Shown here piece by piece: positions 1-13,736 of a stretch of DNA of 64,000 nucleotides. Source of the DNA: Eledone cirrhosa (Eukaryota); the NCBI GenBank assembly GCA_964016885.1, contig OZ024741.1, forward strand, positions 381,238,001 to 381,302,000. The letters run 5' to 3'. How positions within the stretch are numbered: the first letter of the stretch is position 1; each line of letters starts with the position of its first letter. A model generated the notes under the pieces. The model was not told the origin of the DNA. It searched no databases and saw only the letters and a list, made by a program, of their open reading frames with translations. The translations under genes were made by a program, and so were the position numbers.

Positions 1-34
<34 letters not shown>

Positions 35-1579
35 TGAGAGAAAGAGTGAGGCATAGCAGTGATGGCTTAATCTTCGGAACACCAACTGCAGGATGTGTTT
101 TGATCTCTACAGAAGATTTTGTCTATGTTATCTTACATGACGCTATCACTCATAGAGGTAAATGAGAGGTTTATGACCAGATACTGTTATTCAAGGAGGG
201 GGAAATCTTTACCCGGATAACTGATAAGGGAGAGCCTACACAGATATTAAAAATGGAAAATGTTACAAAATGTTGTGTGCTACCAAACTACCTTTCATCA
301 TAATGGTTTTAGACTTACAGACTGAAACAATTCAGAAGATACAGAGAAAGAAAATAACAGCATCTTATGCTGTTGTAAGCTTCTCCATCTAAGAAGATTC
401 CGAAGCGTATCTCATGGGAATTTCTGTTACCAGAGAGCTACAGCCTCAATGGAAGTTCTGAGTCTGAGAGTCAGCAATGCATGTAAAGTTCCTCTCTGTC
501 TCAGATGAATTTTGATCCCCCATCAGTCAAAAGGTAACTGAAATCATGTACAAGCAAGCCAATAAATAAGAGATGCCTTCAAGCAAGCTTAAGTATCAGA
601 CCCTACTAACAATTACATAGAAAGATTTCCTATTTCTTTGGGAACACCTTTTCAAGTATAAGATTTGTGAAGACCAGTATCGTCTTAAATACACTTCATA
701 TTATTGTTGAGGCTGACGTAAAATGCCCCTGGAATCTTATGCAGTGGAAATTACTGTGTACGAATGAGAAAGGTATCTGCCTTTACGAGATAATGCACAT
801 ATTTTAGTAAAGAGGGAGGTTCCCAATCGCTCACGGTTCACTCTAATGCAGATCCCAACCGCACTGGTCTGATTAAATTGCAAGAAATGATGATGGACTT
901 CTTCCAAATGTTGTTTACAGAGTGATCACTTTGGTTGTGGAGACGATGTTGGTGGTGGTCGTTTTTTTGGGGGGTTAGCAAAATAAGCGTTCTATGGACA
1001 ACGAAAATCTTGCAAGGGTGTTATGACTATTTTTGTAAACCATTCACTATTATCGCAGTTTTGTAGGCACGTTTTGCTGCTACCTGTTCAAAGAAAGAGC
1101 GGCCCCAAGGCGTCTGTGCAGGCGAGAACTGGAGAAGTTGAGTAGAAGAGCAGCCAGCATAACGTTGCCACAAATTGTTTTTTCAGCCACTTTGGAATGC
1201 CATTGGCATCATATATTTAAATGAAAGAAGTATCTGGTTTGTATGCAATGTCATCAAATATGGTACCAGCTGAAATGTGTAATGTTTGAGCGAATCCAGC
1301 GTGTTAACCATAAACGTAGTTCTATCCTATGATAAACTGCATTCCAACCAAAACTTAGTTATGTAGGTGTCATCACATTCTGCCAGGAAATTTAAGAGAT
1401 ATTTGGTTTCTACTTACAACAGATAGAGCTTTTAAAAAAAAAAGCTTTATTGGAGAAATATATATTAAAAGTCAATTTTATGTTGTTCATTTATATGAAA
1501 CGTATCTACAACTGGATGAGTTTCAATATGTAGATATATAGGTGTTTCGAATAACATGTTATCATTTATAATCTATGGA

Positions 1580-1740
1580 GGCAAACTGGCAGAGTCACTA
1601 GAATGTCATATAGAATGCTTTGCGTTATTTGTTTCGAGTCTCTGCTCTCTGTGTTCAAATCGCGCAGAGGTTAACTTTGCCTTTCTTTTATTCGAGGTCG
1701 ATAAAAAAGCTTTAGTCTAGTACTGTGGTCAATTTTACTT
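1580..1740 (+). mobile_element. tRNA-derived cephalopod-type SINE (degenerate)
   Basis: ggcaaactggcagagtc head, B-box-like gttcaaatc, core actttgcctttc...ggtcgataaa; homologous to the copy at 37721-37935. Confidence 0.7.
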
Positions 1741-2674
1741 CTATATCTCTTTCTTACTTCTATTCTCTCAATATCTCGTTCCTTCTCTGGAAGAAATCTG
1801 TCTTCATTCAGATTAAGAAAAGATTAGGTTCTGCTAGTATTGAAAATGCTCTAGAAGTATTTCATATCGATACTGCGCATCTATGATTTATGGGACTATG
1901 CATGCATTTATACCCTATTTGCAAACATCATTCATGGTTGTCTTTGAAGAAAATAGTGCATGTACAAAATGTTTAAGCAGAAAATCGATGACAGAAGCAT
2001 ATTAAAGAGGATTGTGTATTGGAGAATGCTATCATCAGATTAGAAACACAAATTGTTATAAGTGAGAGAGAGAGTATGGTGTCGATTAAAAAAGGAAGTT
2101 TCTGAAGGATGTAACTGAAACTTGTTCTACAAGAGATTTGAGTGAATATTTGTAGGACGAAGACAGCAGAATTAATCAGATTCACAATAGATAGCTAAAA
2201 AAGGATATAAAGTATATAGTACCATTAGGTCAGTAACTTTAGAAAAAAATCACATTTGAAGCCATTGATCAGAACTACTCGAAAGAATAAAAATACTTAA
2301 AACCACTCAGCCTTTAACATGACACACTAAATTGGGAATGAAACTTTTTTTTCAAATCAGCTTGGACAATGGAATAAGGAGATATTCCGGTGTATATATA
2401 TATATAAGAAATAGTGTATCGCCCTACATAGTTAAATACGAGAAATGTAAACTGAGTTTTTCAAATGTTAATATTAATATTCGATTCACTTGCAAATATG
2501 CGTCATTCTTGCTCTTATGTTGGCATGTTAACAGAACTGCATATATATATATATATATATATAGTAACAATAATAAATTTGAACACTAAAATCCAAAGAG
2601 GGCACGATAAGGATAAATATATATCAAATATATAAGAAGCGTAGAGCAAATATTTATTAAAATAACAGATTAAA

Positions 2675-2723
2675 GTTTAAGCAAAGAATCGCTGCTTTCA
2701 CCCTTAATGGGATCTTCTGAAAC
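2675..2723 (-). ncRNA. type-I hammerhead ribozyme-like motif (core CAGAAGA)
   Basis: minus strand: gttt-CAGAAGA-tccc attaa gggt-GAAA-gca...tgc-TT-aaac; all three stems pair, U4 position is A; next to a (TA)n tract. Confidence 0.55.
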
Positions 2724-2758
2724 ATATATTTACATATATATATATATATGTATATATA

Positions 2759-2838
<80 letters not shown>

Positions 2839-2883
2839 AAAATCGGAATTAAGAGTATTCCGCAGTTCATTGTAAAAAAAGAG

Positions 2884-2933
2884 TGCCTAAAAATTCGAGT
2901 GGTATCTGATTATGTATATATATGTGTGTGTGT

Positions 2934-2993
<60 letters not shown>

Positions 2994-3043
2994 ACACACA
3001 CACATATATATACATAATCAGATACCACTCGAATTTTTAGGCA
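2884..3043. repeat. perfect palindrome centred on (TA)n
   Basis: tgcctaaaaattcgagtggtatctgattatg-(ta)(tg)... mirrored as ...cataatcagataccactcgaatttttaggca. Confidence 0.9.
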
Positions 3044-3516
3044 GTCACAAAGCACTCAATGTGGAAAAACAATATATTTTCGCTAGAGTAAACGTAAAGT
3101 TAAGAAATGTTGACATCATAAATCAACCCCTCATATGCATGTGACTATAATTATACGACAACAACGATAAATGGAAACAGGTCGAAGACAAACCTGGACA
3201 CTCTCGAATATATACAAATCGATATAAATAAATAAAAATCTTCGATAGGTTTCTGTGACTTCGAAAAGATACACCACCAGTTACATAATGCATATGGAAA
3301 TAATAGATACATCTAGCGATGAAACTGGAAGGTCGTAGTCGGTAGGCTTTCGTTACGTATTATCCGACATAGGCCGATCTGGAACCAATGAAGCATTCTA
3401 ACGTAGTAGTAAATTTGCATGTTATCACGTGACGTTTCTCAAAAGGTGAAGGTCAAATTTACTAAACTGTCGGCGAGTAAATTAGGCGTGGGAACAAATA
3501 GATTTTCACAGCCTAT

Positions 3517-3818
<302 letters not shown>

Positions 3819-5249
3819 ACTCATTCGTTCCAATGTGCATTGGAAAGAACCATAATGACACGAAACTAGTGATTTCTGACAGAGGAGATGGGACTATTCT
3901 TTTTTCCGTTGATTTTCGTTCGTTGTCATTGACCTATGCGCCCCCATTTTTTAATACATCTTCTGAAGACATAGCTATGCAGCTGTTATAAAAAGGATAC
4001 AGTCCCCCGCCACACCCACAGACATATATATGTGTGTCTGTGTGTGTGTGAATGCGTGTGTAAGTGCGTGAGTGTGTCTGTATATATACACACTTGTACA
4101 CCCCCTCTTACACACACACACACACATATATACACACACACATACACTCACACACTATATATATATATATATATTATATACGTCTATTCCTTGCCACATA
4201 TATTAAATGCGCCAAATATATGCGGTAAATAACTGCATGATTATGGGCATCATTTGGAGTTTAAATTCTAGAAAACAAAAATAATATTCTGATGCTTTCA
4301 TGTTAAAGAAAACGTTATGAAAAATATATCTGTTAAGTTTTATGATTTTTTCGTATAGCTAACCTTTTGGTAAATAGCTTTAGATAAAATTTTATTTGGT
4401 TTTAATATCATTTGAGCTTCGTTGATTCATCAACGTTATTTTATTGATAAAATCAAAAAGACGTTTAATAGATAAAAATAAATAATATGTTTTATAGTAT
4501 TATTTCAAGTTTTGAAAAGCATAGCAAATTTTATGAATGAAACACTGCAAAATTTAGGAAATGTTCTTTGCATGGCAGAATTAAATGTATCACGTTCTCA
4601 GTTTTATATGACAAAGAAATTTTCAGATAAAGTACGGTTCCAGAATTGGGTCAAACTGCAATGTTTGTAAATGGTGTAATAAATATTTAATGATACTATT
4701 CATTGGAAACTATATTGAGATGATAATATACAATATATTTTAAAATCCGAGAAAAATCACTCCATGCATTGATATTACATTTTAATATTTTAATTGTTTC
4801 AATCTATGGCACTATATTTAAATCTATATTGTCCTTTCATAATGGAGTTTAAAATAGTAAATTCACTGTAATTTTAGTTCTCTACCCATATTCGACACCC
4901 TCCTCAAAATGATATATTTAATAATTTAACATACATTTATAATAATTAGGTCGAATGACATTACTATTTCTTCCATTTTCATCATTCAAGGATTGATAAA
5001 ATAAATGCCTATCAAGTATTTGTGCATTTGAATTCGATCCTCTGCATATACCATAATTTCGTACAGTGTATGTATGCATGAATGGACCCGTAAATCCTGT
5101 TAGAGCTGTAGAGACCCTGTCGTGTCTTGGGCATTTTATAAATGGAGCAGCACATTTCCTCAGCATGTCTAAACGCAGCTGACATTTTTCAGAGGAGGAG
5201 ACTCAGATACAGGAATTGAGAAAGAGATGTAGAGGAGAATTAACCCAGG

Positions 5250-5370
5250 AACTGGACTTGTACATTTCTTATCGAATTCTAAAGCAAGAAAGGCAAAGGT
5301 GAACCCGACCTTATTTGATCACAGAATGGAGAGTATCGGAGGAAATGCTTCTAACGACAGCAAATTGGCC
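5250..5370 (-). mobile_element. SINE fragment
   Basis: ttatcga...gaaaggcaaaggtgaacc is the reverse complement of the SINE core. Confidence 0.5.
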
Positions 5371-5374
5371 AGAT

Positions 5375-5930
5375 TTTGGTGTTGTCTGGGGCTCTTGACG
5401 GTTGGTTTTGCCTGCAAAAGCTGTCTAGCAATTCTTTTCGGAAATATTTAAGCCACATGCCCATAGTATCGGAGCTGTGATTCCTCAATTTGGAGAAGTA
5501 GCAACTCTCTGATCTCTGATAGAGCTAGGCATTCAGAGTACGTATTCGTTCGAACGTTACTTAAGATACGTGACCAAAGTTAAGCATTTGCACAAATATT
5601 GATTTGAAGACTGCAGCTTTGGCTTTTACACCTACTCCTTTCTTCTGTTGCCTAAATGCTGAAGCTGGCACATTATTGCACCAGTTCCTCCAAGTCCCTA
5701 AACAATTCAGCTCGTGCTTTCCAACATTCGTGAATATGGCCCCAAGTTACTTGAACTTCCTCACCTGCTTTAGTGGCCATCCACTAACATGTACAGAACA
5801 CTGCGCAGGCATTTTATAATGATGAAAGCCAGTCTCTTCCCGGAACATATTTTCATTCCTGTCGTGCAGGACTCGGCAGACAACTTATAAAATGTATGCT
5901 TCAGCTGTTATATGGTGCAGACAAAACAAC
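5375..5930 (-). pseudogene. degenerate RTE-clade (Expander/Rex3-like) RT C-terminal half
   Basis: minus-strand conceptual translation: ...PLKQVRKFK*LGAIFT... and ...LLLQIEESQLRYYGHV... Confidence 0.65.
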
Positions 5931-5959
5931 TTGATATGGTGCCGGGTGACATGAGGATC

Positions 5960-6960
5960 CCTTGGTTCTCTCCAGTGCTTAAATATGCCATCCGCGCAAC
6001 GTAGAAGGTTTACAAAGCTTGTAAATAAGCACTCGCTGCACCTGCAGTCCAATCAGGTTAGAGAAGACGCAACAGAAACAATAAAAGCATCCAAAACTAA
6101 AGCATGAGATGACATTGAAGATAAGCTGGAATCCGATCAGATCAGCAAATAAAATGATCTGTCAGACGATCAGGTGACTTCGTAATAATAAGTATTCCAA
6201 GCCTACTATTAGGAACGCGTCTACGTTTCTTCTCTCTTCAGAGAGATGCATCCTCGTGAGGGGGAGAGAATGCTTCACTGATTCTTTAAACATGTCCATT
6301 ACAACACCTTTTGATAAGTATGACGAGCATCATAAAGAGATGACTAACTTCTCGAAGGCTCAGGTAACAAGAAGTATAAAAGTGCTCAAATGTTGAAAAT
6401 CTACCGGGCAATTCGGTCCGAGATGTTAAAAGCTTTAAGTAGAGAAGATATTCTCTGGTTGACTCGTAAGTGTCGGATTGGATGGATCACTATAAAAAAG
6501 CACCTAAGTAGTGTCAATCGGAAGTGATAATCCCAGTTTTCAAAAATGGTCACCAGAGATATTGCTCTAATTATAGAGGGATCTGTTTGTTAGGCTTCCC
6601 AGTTTAAGGCTATGCTAAATGCCTGTTAGGTGATGTAAGGATAATGTGTACAAGAAAGCAGATGAGCAGTATAGATGTCGTCGCGGACGCATCACAGCCG
6701 AGCAAATATTCACGCATTGGATCGATGAACATCTTGTTGCTGTGATGTATTTGCATTCGGATTAATGGTACTAAGTTGAAAACATTCAATATGAGTGTTG
6801 GACTCCACTAAGGTTGTGAACACCTCTCCTATACATAATCATCACGAACAAGCATGAAATGCATAGCCGAGTTCGAATACTCGGCTGTAATTTGCAGAAA
6901 TTATGACACTATTTAACGCGTCAGAAGGTGATTGTCTCTTTTCTCTCTTTGAATTATATC
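5960..6960 (+). pseudogene. degenerate RTE-clade RT N-terminal half, inverted relative to 5375-5930
   Basis: EMLKAL...ILWLTR...VIIPVFKNGHQRYCSNYRGICLL motif at about 6420-6600. Confidence 0.65.
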
Positions 6961-7991
6961 CTCGGTTGACCCTTGAATTTTAGTGGTATTATTGCTTTGT
7001 TTGGAGTCAGCCAAAAAACGACTATTCATCTGGTAACAAAAGATTTTTATGGATCTTCAACGGGATCTTTCAACCTTCCTTAAATCTCAACCAAATACCA
7101 TCTATTCACACAAGAATCTATAGTCGTTTATATCAAATATAAATTTAATAACAACATTTACACAGTTTTTTAACACAAATATGCTAACTTGGGATTGGTC
7201 TGTGGCTCTAAAACATAAATAGTATAAACCAAGCATTTTCAGAGAGACAAATATCTATTTCAATAAGAGATTACTGCAGAGAAAATTTCAAGATGCTGAT
7301 AAAGAAAAAACGTTATTTCAAACCGCTTACGGAGCAGTTTAACATCAATTGAACTGGTTTTGGAAATGACATAGTATTCACAACTGCTATTTCTTCACCT
7401 GATAAAATATTAGGTCTTAGTCATTATTGAAGAGAAATCAAATTGATTGAAATAAAAGAAAAGCAAACTGTGAAATTGAATCTATATATTACTTTGCCTA
7501 ATATATAGACAAAGTTTTTTTTCCTAAATTCCAATCGAAGAATTGACAGCTTAATCTTATGAACAATTAGCTTACATTTGTTAATTGCTTGCTCATGCAT
7601 AGCGTTGTATTGCCCGCTGGCATTTAATCTCCTCTCTTTCTCTCTATCATTTCATCTCTTTCCCATCACACCCTCTTTGTCTACTACCCTCCACTTCTTT
7701 CGCCCCTACCTCGAATTCATTTCCTACTTCCTCTGCATATACATATAAAAATACCTACACACACACAATCACAAGCAGTGGCGCACATCTATATGTATGT
7801 ATGTATGTTCTTCTGGTTTTATAATTTCACAAAGTTTTACTAATGGAGAGAGAGTCGGTTTCTAACAACGACACACGTCTCTCATTGGAATTTACACAAC
7901 ATCAACTAGGTAGATATGAATGTATGCATGCATATGTAGATATGGATGTTATTGTATGTGTGGATGTGGATGTTTTGAGTTGTATGTGTGC

Positions 7992-8022
<31 letters not shown>

Positions 8023-8279
8023 TGTATGTATGTATGTATGTATGTGTATATGTATGTTTGCATGAATACATGTATGCATAAATGTATGTATGTATGTTGA
8101 TGTGCGTAGATCAAATCTTCAACTACTGCATAATCTGTAGTAACCAGAGTAATCTCCAGAGTAACAACACACTAGATCAACTTTAAACTATTAATTTCTG
8201 CTATAGTATTCAACACCCATTCTATAATATATGTGTGTATGTATGTATGAAGACCAATTATACTTTTTGAGTAAATGTA

Positions 8280-8560
8280 TTCGTTGTTCGGTGAGTGGAA
8301 TTTGCCTTGTCCAAACCCATTCCTCACTTAAACTGATGTGAGACATCTTGCGTTGCAAGGCCTGGCTCGCCCCGGGTTCTGGAACGGATAATGAAAGGGT
8401 CTGGCTCGACAGGTGTCTTAGCTCACTGCAGCCTGGCCTCGGTCGTAGTCCTATAACTGCGAATCCGTAGAAGGACTAAAAAGCCACGGCCGTACTAAAG
8501 TATCAACGGATAGCATTACTCGAAATCAAATTGCAAATATCATGTATGTATGATTGTATG
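8280..8560 (+). mobile_element. SINE-like element with RTE-type 3' tail
   Basis: ends cattactcgaa...ttgcaaatatcatgtatg, similar to the tail at 56008-56040, followed by (TATG)n. Confidence 0.4.
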
Positions 8561-8820
8561 GACGTATGTATGTATACATGCATATATTAGTGAATGTATC
8601 TATCTATCTGTCTGTCTATATATAAATTCTGGAATTGAATAATCAAAACCGTAGCGGTATGTCACATATCAAATCATATATTTTGAGAATACTTTTCATT
8701 TATCAACATTTTGAATAATATTAAACACTCCAGGAAAATCTACTGTTGAGTGCTTCTAATCTATTAAACTATTGTAATATTGTATTCGTAGAGTATTCAA
8801 CGAACCATATTAATCTTTGG

Positions 8821-8906
<86 letters not shown>

Positions 8907-8928
8907 GTATATATAAATAAGTATATAT

Positions 8929-9122
8929 TATGTCAGGTCACACTTGAGTGCTACTGGTAACATGTAAACCAGTACAACCTGTCGCATGGTCAGGTCGTCG
9001 GCGACTAAACTGGCAACTCCACCAAGTTTACTTGGTGAGGAGGGTAATCTTGGACACCCTGCAGGACAAAAAACAAAACCTGACAAAGGGCGGAAGAACT
9101 CATCAGAGTCAACGGCCATCCA
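8929..9122 (+). mobile_element. 5' fragment of a non-autonomous RTE-related element
   Basis: clearly homologous to 49166-49360 (tgtcaggtca...gagtcaacggccatcca). Confidence 0.65.
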
Positions 9123-9184
9123 CACAAGCATATACACGTATAAACATGTACCTATGTATGTGTATGTATATGCGTGTGTATATG

Positions 9185-9890
9185 CCTGGGGTGTCAGGAA
9201 CGGACATATACCTCTGTAGGGAGGGCTAGCCATGCCCTTTTTCAGGACAGCTCGTCCTGCATGGGTCCCACCTGACACTCACCTCTTACCTCTGGCCCCA
9301 AGAAGTTGTAGCATGCGACAGCGGCCACACACCGGTAAACCACCTTGGCTGCCGGGCCGAACCAGGTTGAGGGTAGCTAGACGGGTCTGAAACCCCCCGG
9401 TGAGTTAGATATGGAGTGCCTGCCCCGCCATGCGAAGACTGGAGCCGGCGGAGTGAGTGGAGGTGGACAACATCATCCCAACGGTCATAAAGGCGGCGAC
9501 AGCAGCAGTGTGGGGCGCTAGAGCACGGCAAGGCACTAAAGACGTGGTGGTCATCTACTGCAGCCAAGGAAGACCCTGGTCGTGACGGTCCTCCGTACCA
9601 CCGGATTCTGGCTTCTGCGGCCGAGTGAGTGCACTGGCCCTCCCATTATAAACCTTTCCCGCACAGGTTTCTTCTTTAGCGTTTACTCCCAAAGCCCGGC
9701 GGCGATGGGCGAGAGGTGGAGGTAACCTCTGGGAGTTGCCGGTCTGGCTCCGGTCTCTTCCCCTGCCTCCATTGTCCCCGGACCTGCAAGTCAAGGATTG
9801 GCCTCCTCAGCCACCTTTGTGCCCTCAGCAGACGGGAACAACAATAAAGAAGATGTCATCATCGTTTACGATGGACAACCAAAAAGAAGA
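9185..9890 (+). mobile_element. GC-rich non-autonomous bipartite RTE-derived element
   Basis: RTE 5'UTR-like sequence with gcacagg motif joined to a 3' tail gtcatcatcgtttacgatggac; no long ORF. Confidence 0.55.
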
Positions 9891-9899
9891 TATATATAT

Positions 9900-11134
9900 A
9901 TATGCCGAGAACTCAACCTGATCTACCAATACAACGTGAAGACGGAAAACTCCAACAAAGCCTATATAGGATTAACCGCTTGTGACTTTAAAACCCGGCT
10001 CGACCAGCACCGACATACGTTCCGAAACCCGTCCCGGCGACATGCCACTACACTTTAGGGCCACATCTGGGACCTCCAAGATAATAACATAACATACAAT
10101 CTTACTTGGAGCTTACTGTCCAGGGCTAACTCCTACACGGGAGGACGCCGTCCGTGTAACTTATGCTCGGTGGAAACATTACAAATGCTGTTTACGAAGG
10201 ACCAACACCTAAACAAAAACGACGAAGTTGTAACCGCATGTAAACACCGATTGCGTAGGACTTACCTCGCCCTCAAACCTTCTCAAGACCCGGTTGGTTA
10301 GAAAATCGCTGCAACATCCTCCTTTTCCCCACTTTCGGAATAAGATAGAGGAAACCCCAGGTAACATAGGTAGATGTACTTCTTTTCTTTTCCTTTTTGT
10401 TTTCTTCTTCCCTTTATCTCTTCCTATCACTTACTTCCACTCCCTCTCCTCTTCCTTTTCCTTTTTCCTCTTTCGCCTACCTCTAGGCAACCCAACAGGA
10501 TTTTATAACCTCAGTACCCGCACCCTGTAAATTATACATAGCATTGGCCGAAAACGCAATACCTACTAAATATAGCAGTTGCTTTAGACTCTAAAGAATT
10601 CTTTTTGACTTTTTACCGTTCAAATTTATTATTTTTATATATTATTTTTATTTATTTATTATCTTTTAATCTCAATTTATGAACCTATTCTATAACGTCC
10701 CCTCTCTAATTTCTACAGAATCCTTTTTCGCCTGCTTCCTAACTAGTCTAATTTCATACGCACTCCTTAGAATTTGCTGGATAGAATTCATTTTCAACGC
10801 TTGACCGGCTCCACCCACTCCCTCATTGTTCTACAGGCAAGTTCAGCCACCACCACCTCCCACCCACTGCCATGAAAGATTTAATTGTGTTTAGAAGAAA
10901 TGTTGACCAATCCTTTTGACAACTACATTCTTCCCATATAAGGAATTACCCCTTGAAAAGTTCGGCTATTTATTTGCCACGCTAAAAATTCTAATTTAGT
11001 CCAGAAATAGCCGTCGAGACGGCTTGAGCTCTGCCGTCGGGGTTAAACGTTTTCCTATTACCCACTCTACTACCCTAAGTATAGAGTACTCTGGTGCGTT
11101 TTGGACCATCTGATTTCTTACGACACCTCCTTCG

Positions 11135-11135
<1 letters not shown>
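9900..11135 (+). mobile_element. 5'-truncated Penelope-like element (family A): GIY-YIG remnant, 3'UTR, hammerhead
   Basis: LIYQYNV...AYIGLTACDFKTRLDQH...TWSLL...CNLCSVE...LNKNDEVVTACKH; (TA)n at both ends; 3' part homologous to 56478-56760. Confidence 0.8.
10948..11043 (+). ncRNA. hammerhead ribozyme, U3-A8 variant, GAAA mutated to GAGA
   Basis: acccc-TTGAAAA-..cggctattt...aaatagccg..-GAGA-cggc ttgagctct gccg-TC-ggggt. Confidence 0.65.
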
Positions 11136-11204
<69 letters not shown>

Positions 11205-11754
11205 GCGCCCGTGTGTGTGTGTGTATGTTTGTGTGTGAGTGTTTGGTGGGATCGTGTGTATAATTATAATCAAAACTAAATACATATGAATAATCATATT
11301 AAGTACATCAAATTCTGCACTCATTCGTATTTAAAATCTTCCATTTTATCAGAACCAATATGATTAGCAGTCTTAATGAAATGCTGTGTTATTTGCTGTG
11401 CAATAAATAAACAGGATTTATTGTGGTGTGGTAGATCGGAGAGTTGTATTTTATCTAAATTAAGATCGGAAGTTTTGCTAGTAAATTATGAAAATACCAA
11501 CAACAACAACGCCACAAACAACAATAGCAGAATCCACAAGAATGCTATAGCTAGTAATTATAATAACAACATAAACACCAGCAACAACAAAAACAGCAAA
11601 AACAAGGCGTAGATAAAACCGGCCAACTGCCACAGCAATGGAAAATATAAACTGATTAAAGATAAGAAATAGAATATACATCACGCATACACACACATAA
11701 ATATAAATACACCGTATGTTTATATGAATATACATACATGCGTACATATATAAG

Positions 11755-11827
<73 letters not shown>

Positions 11828-11916
11828 AGATAAATAAATAAAAAAAAAAAAAATATATATATATATATATATACATATATATATGTATGTATATATGTAT
11901 GTATATGTATGTATAC

Positions 11917-11970
<54 letters not shown>

Positions 11971-12023
11971 GTAAATATATAAATATATATATATATGTGT
12001 GTGTGTGTATATATTAAATATAT

Positions 12024-12094
<71 letters not shown>

Positions 12095-12766
12095 CAACAC
12101 TCCGCCAACTACATGGATAACAGCAACAATACGTCATCTGATTAAATATAGTAAACGCGAGTATTTCTGAGTCATAGTTATTTTTTAATCTACTTCGATT
12201 CTGTTTGCTCTACAGGAATCTTATCGAGGAATTGACCAATTAAATCTAATCTTTAAACATCGATCACATCTCATCTAAATGCAATTACTCGTTCTTGCCA
12301 TCAGATTCGCTGCTCGATCATAATTGCCCTTCTATTTCTAATGATCTTTTATATTCCTGCTGCCTGCTTGGTCAGTTGCCAGACTGTATTTACGTTTTTC
12401 TGCCATCCTTTCTTTGCTTCTCAACGATGGTTGGAGCGGAAAATTCCTGTCATTATATTAATTTGCCTTCTTCGTTCTATATTATTTACGGCAACCCAAA
12501 TCGAATTTCTATTGGTTATTTGTTCCTCTTTGCCTACACACATGATACTAGATAGAGAAACAACCACAGAGGCATAAAGGCAGTGAATCAATTGAATGAA
12601 AATTATATGCACGTGAGCAGAGCAATTGCCCACATATTTTTGTGTGCATATTTCCATATTGTCTTTCCAGATCAAGACAACTGTGCATATCCAGCCACAT
12701 GTGTAATTGTGTAATTGCAGTGTTCATTTCTACATAGAGGACGAAAGCCACCTATATTTCTCTCTC

Positions 12767-12799
<33 letters not shown>

Positions 12800-12814
12800 A
12801 TGTGTTTGTGTGTG

Positions 12815-12854
<40 letters not shown>

Positions 12855-13293
12855 TATGTGTATATGTGTGTTTGTGTGCATGCGTGGGTCTGTATATGTG
12901 TATGTGTATATGCGTGCACCATAACTATAGTGATTTCCATAGGTTGAATGAAAAGAAGCTACTATTCATTTTTGTCTTTTTCGACCCCATCATTTGATTC
13001 AATAGCCCTATTACAAATAACAGTTGTAAGCACTCTTGGTACTGCTTTGAACGGCCAGACGAGCAGATCGATAATGGAGTCAGATCCGTAATTTCTATCG
13101 GTCACCCTTAGCCAATCCCCTGCGAAACGCGTGAAACAGGCTGACACACAATAACATTCTATATACATGTAAACATAACTTCATCGATCTTATTAATATA
13201 TACAGTTTGCCTGTACATCGAGGCCTTGAATTATTATCAGTGCCAGCAATTCAGAATTCACTAACCTCTAATAAATGAAAAGTATGAATTGCA

Positions 13294-13294
13294 G

Positions 13295-13331
<37 letters not shown>

Positions 13332-13680
13332 CGTCGTCGTCGTCGTCTTCTTCTTCTTCTTTCTCTTCTTCTTCTTCTTCTTCTTCTTCTTCTTCTTCTT
13401 CTTCTTCTTCTTCTTCTTCTTCTTCTTCTTCTCCTTCTCCTCCTCCTCCTCCTCCTCCTCCTCCTCCCCCTTCCTCCTCTTCTTCTTCTTCTTCTTCTTC
13501 TTCTTCTTCTTTTTCTTCTTCTTCTTCTTCTTCTTCTTCTTCTTCTTCTTCTTCTTCTTCTTCTTCTTCTTCTTCTTCTTGGGAGTGTCTTGGTGAAGTC
13601 ATTCAGACACTCTTTCCAGTGTGTCCTGTCAGAAGCAACCATCTCAGGCTTATTCACTGGATCTCCAAGCGAGATTTAAA
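13294..13680 (-). mobile_element. RTE-type 3' end with compound (GAA/GGA/CGA/CAA)n tail
   Basis: minus translation EMVASDRTHWKECL, then trinucleotide tail; homologous to 61230-61330. Confidence 0.55.
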
Positions 13681-13736
13681 GATTTTATATATATATATAT
13701 AGTAATAATAATAATAATTATAATAATAATAATAAT

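Noticed and set aside
60-2300. Coding-like degenerate sequence (possible old LINE or transposase)
   Set aside because: No motif could be assigned confidently by eye.
4918-5166. 82-aa minus-strand ORF as a possible host exon
   Set aside because: No recognisable domain or supporting splice structure.
8360-9120. HDV-like or twister ribozyme in RTE-type 5' regions
   Set aside because: Hairpins are present, but the required nested pseudoknot could not be built by eye.
13261-13702. Poly-E/R/L/S ORFs
   Set aside because: Compound trinucleotide tail of a LINE fragment.
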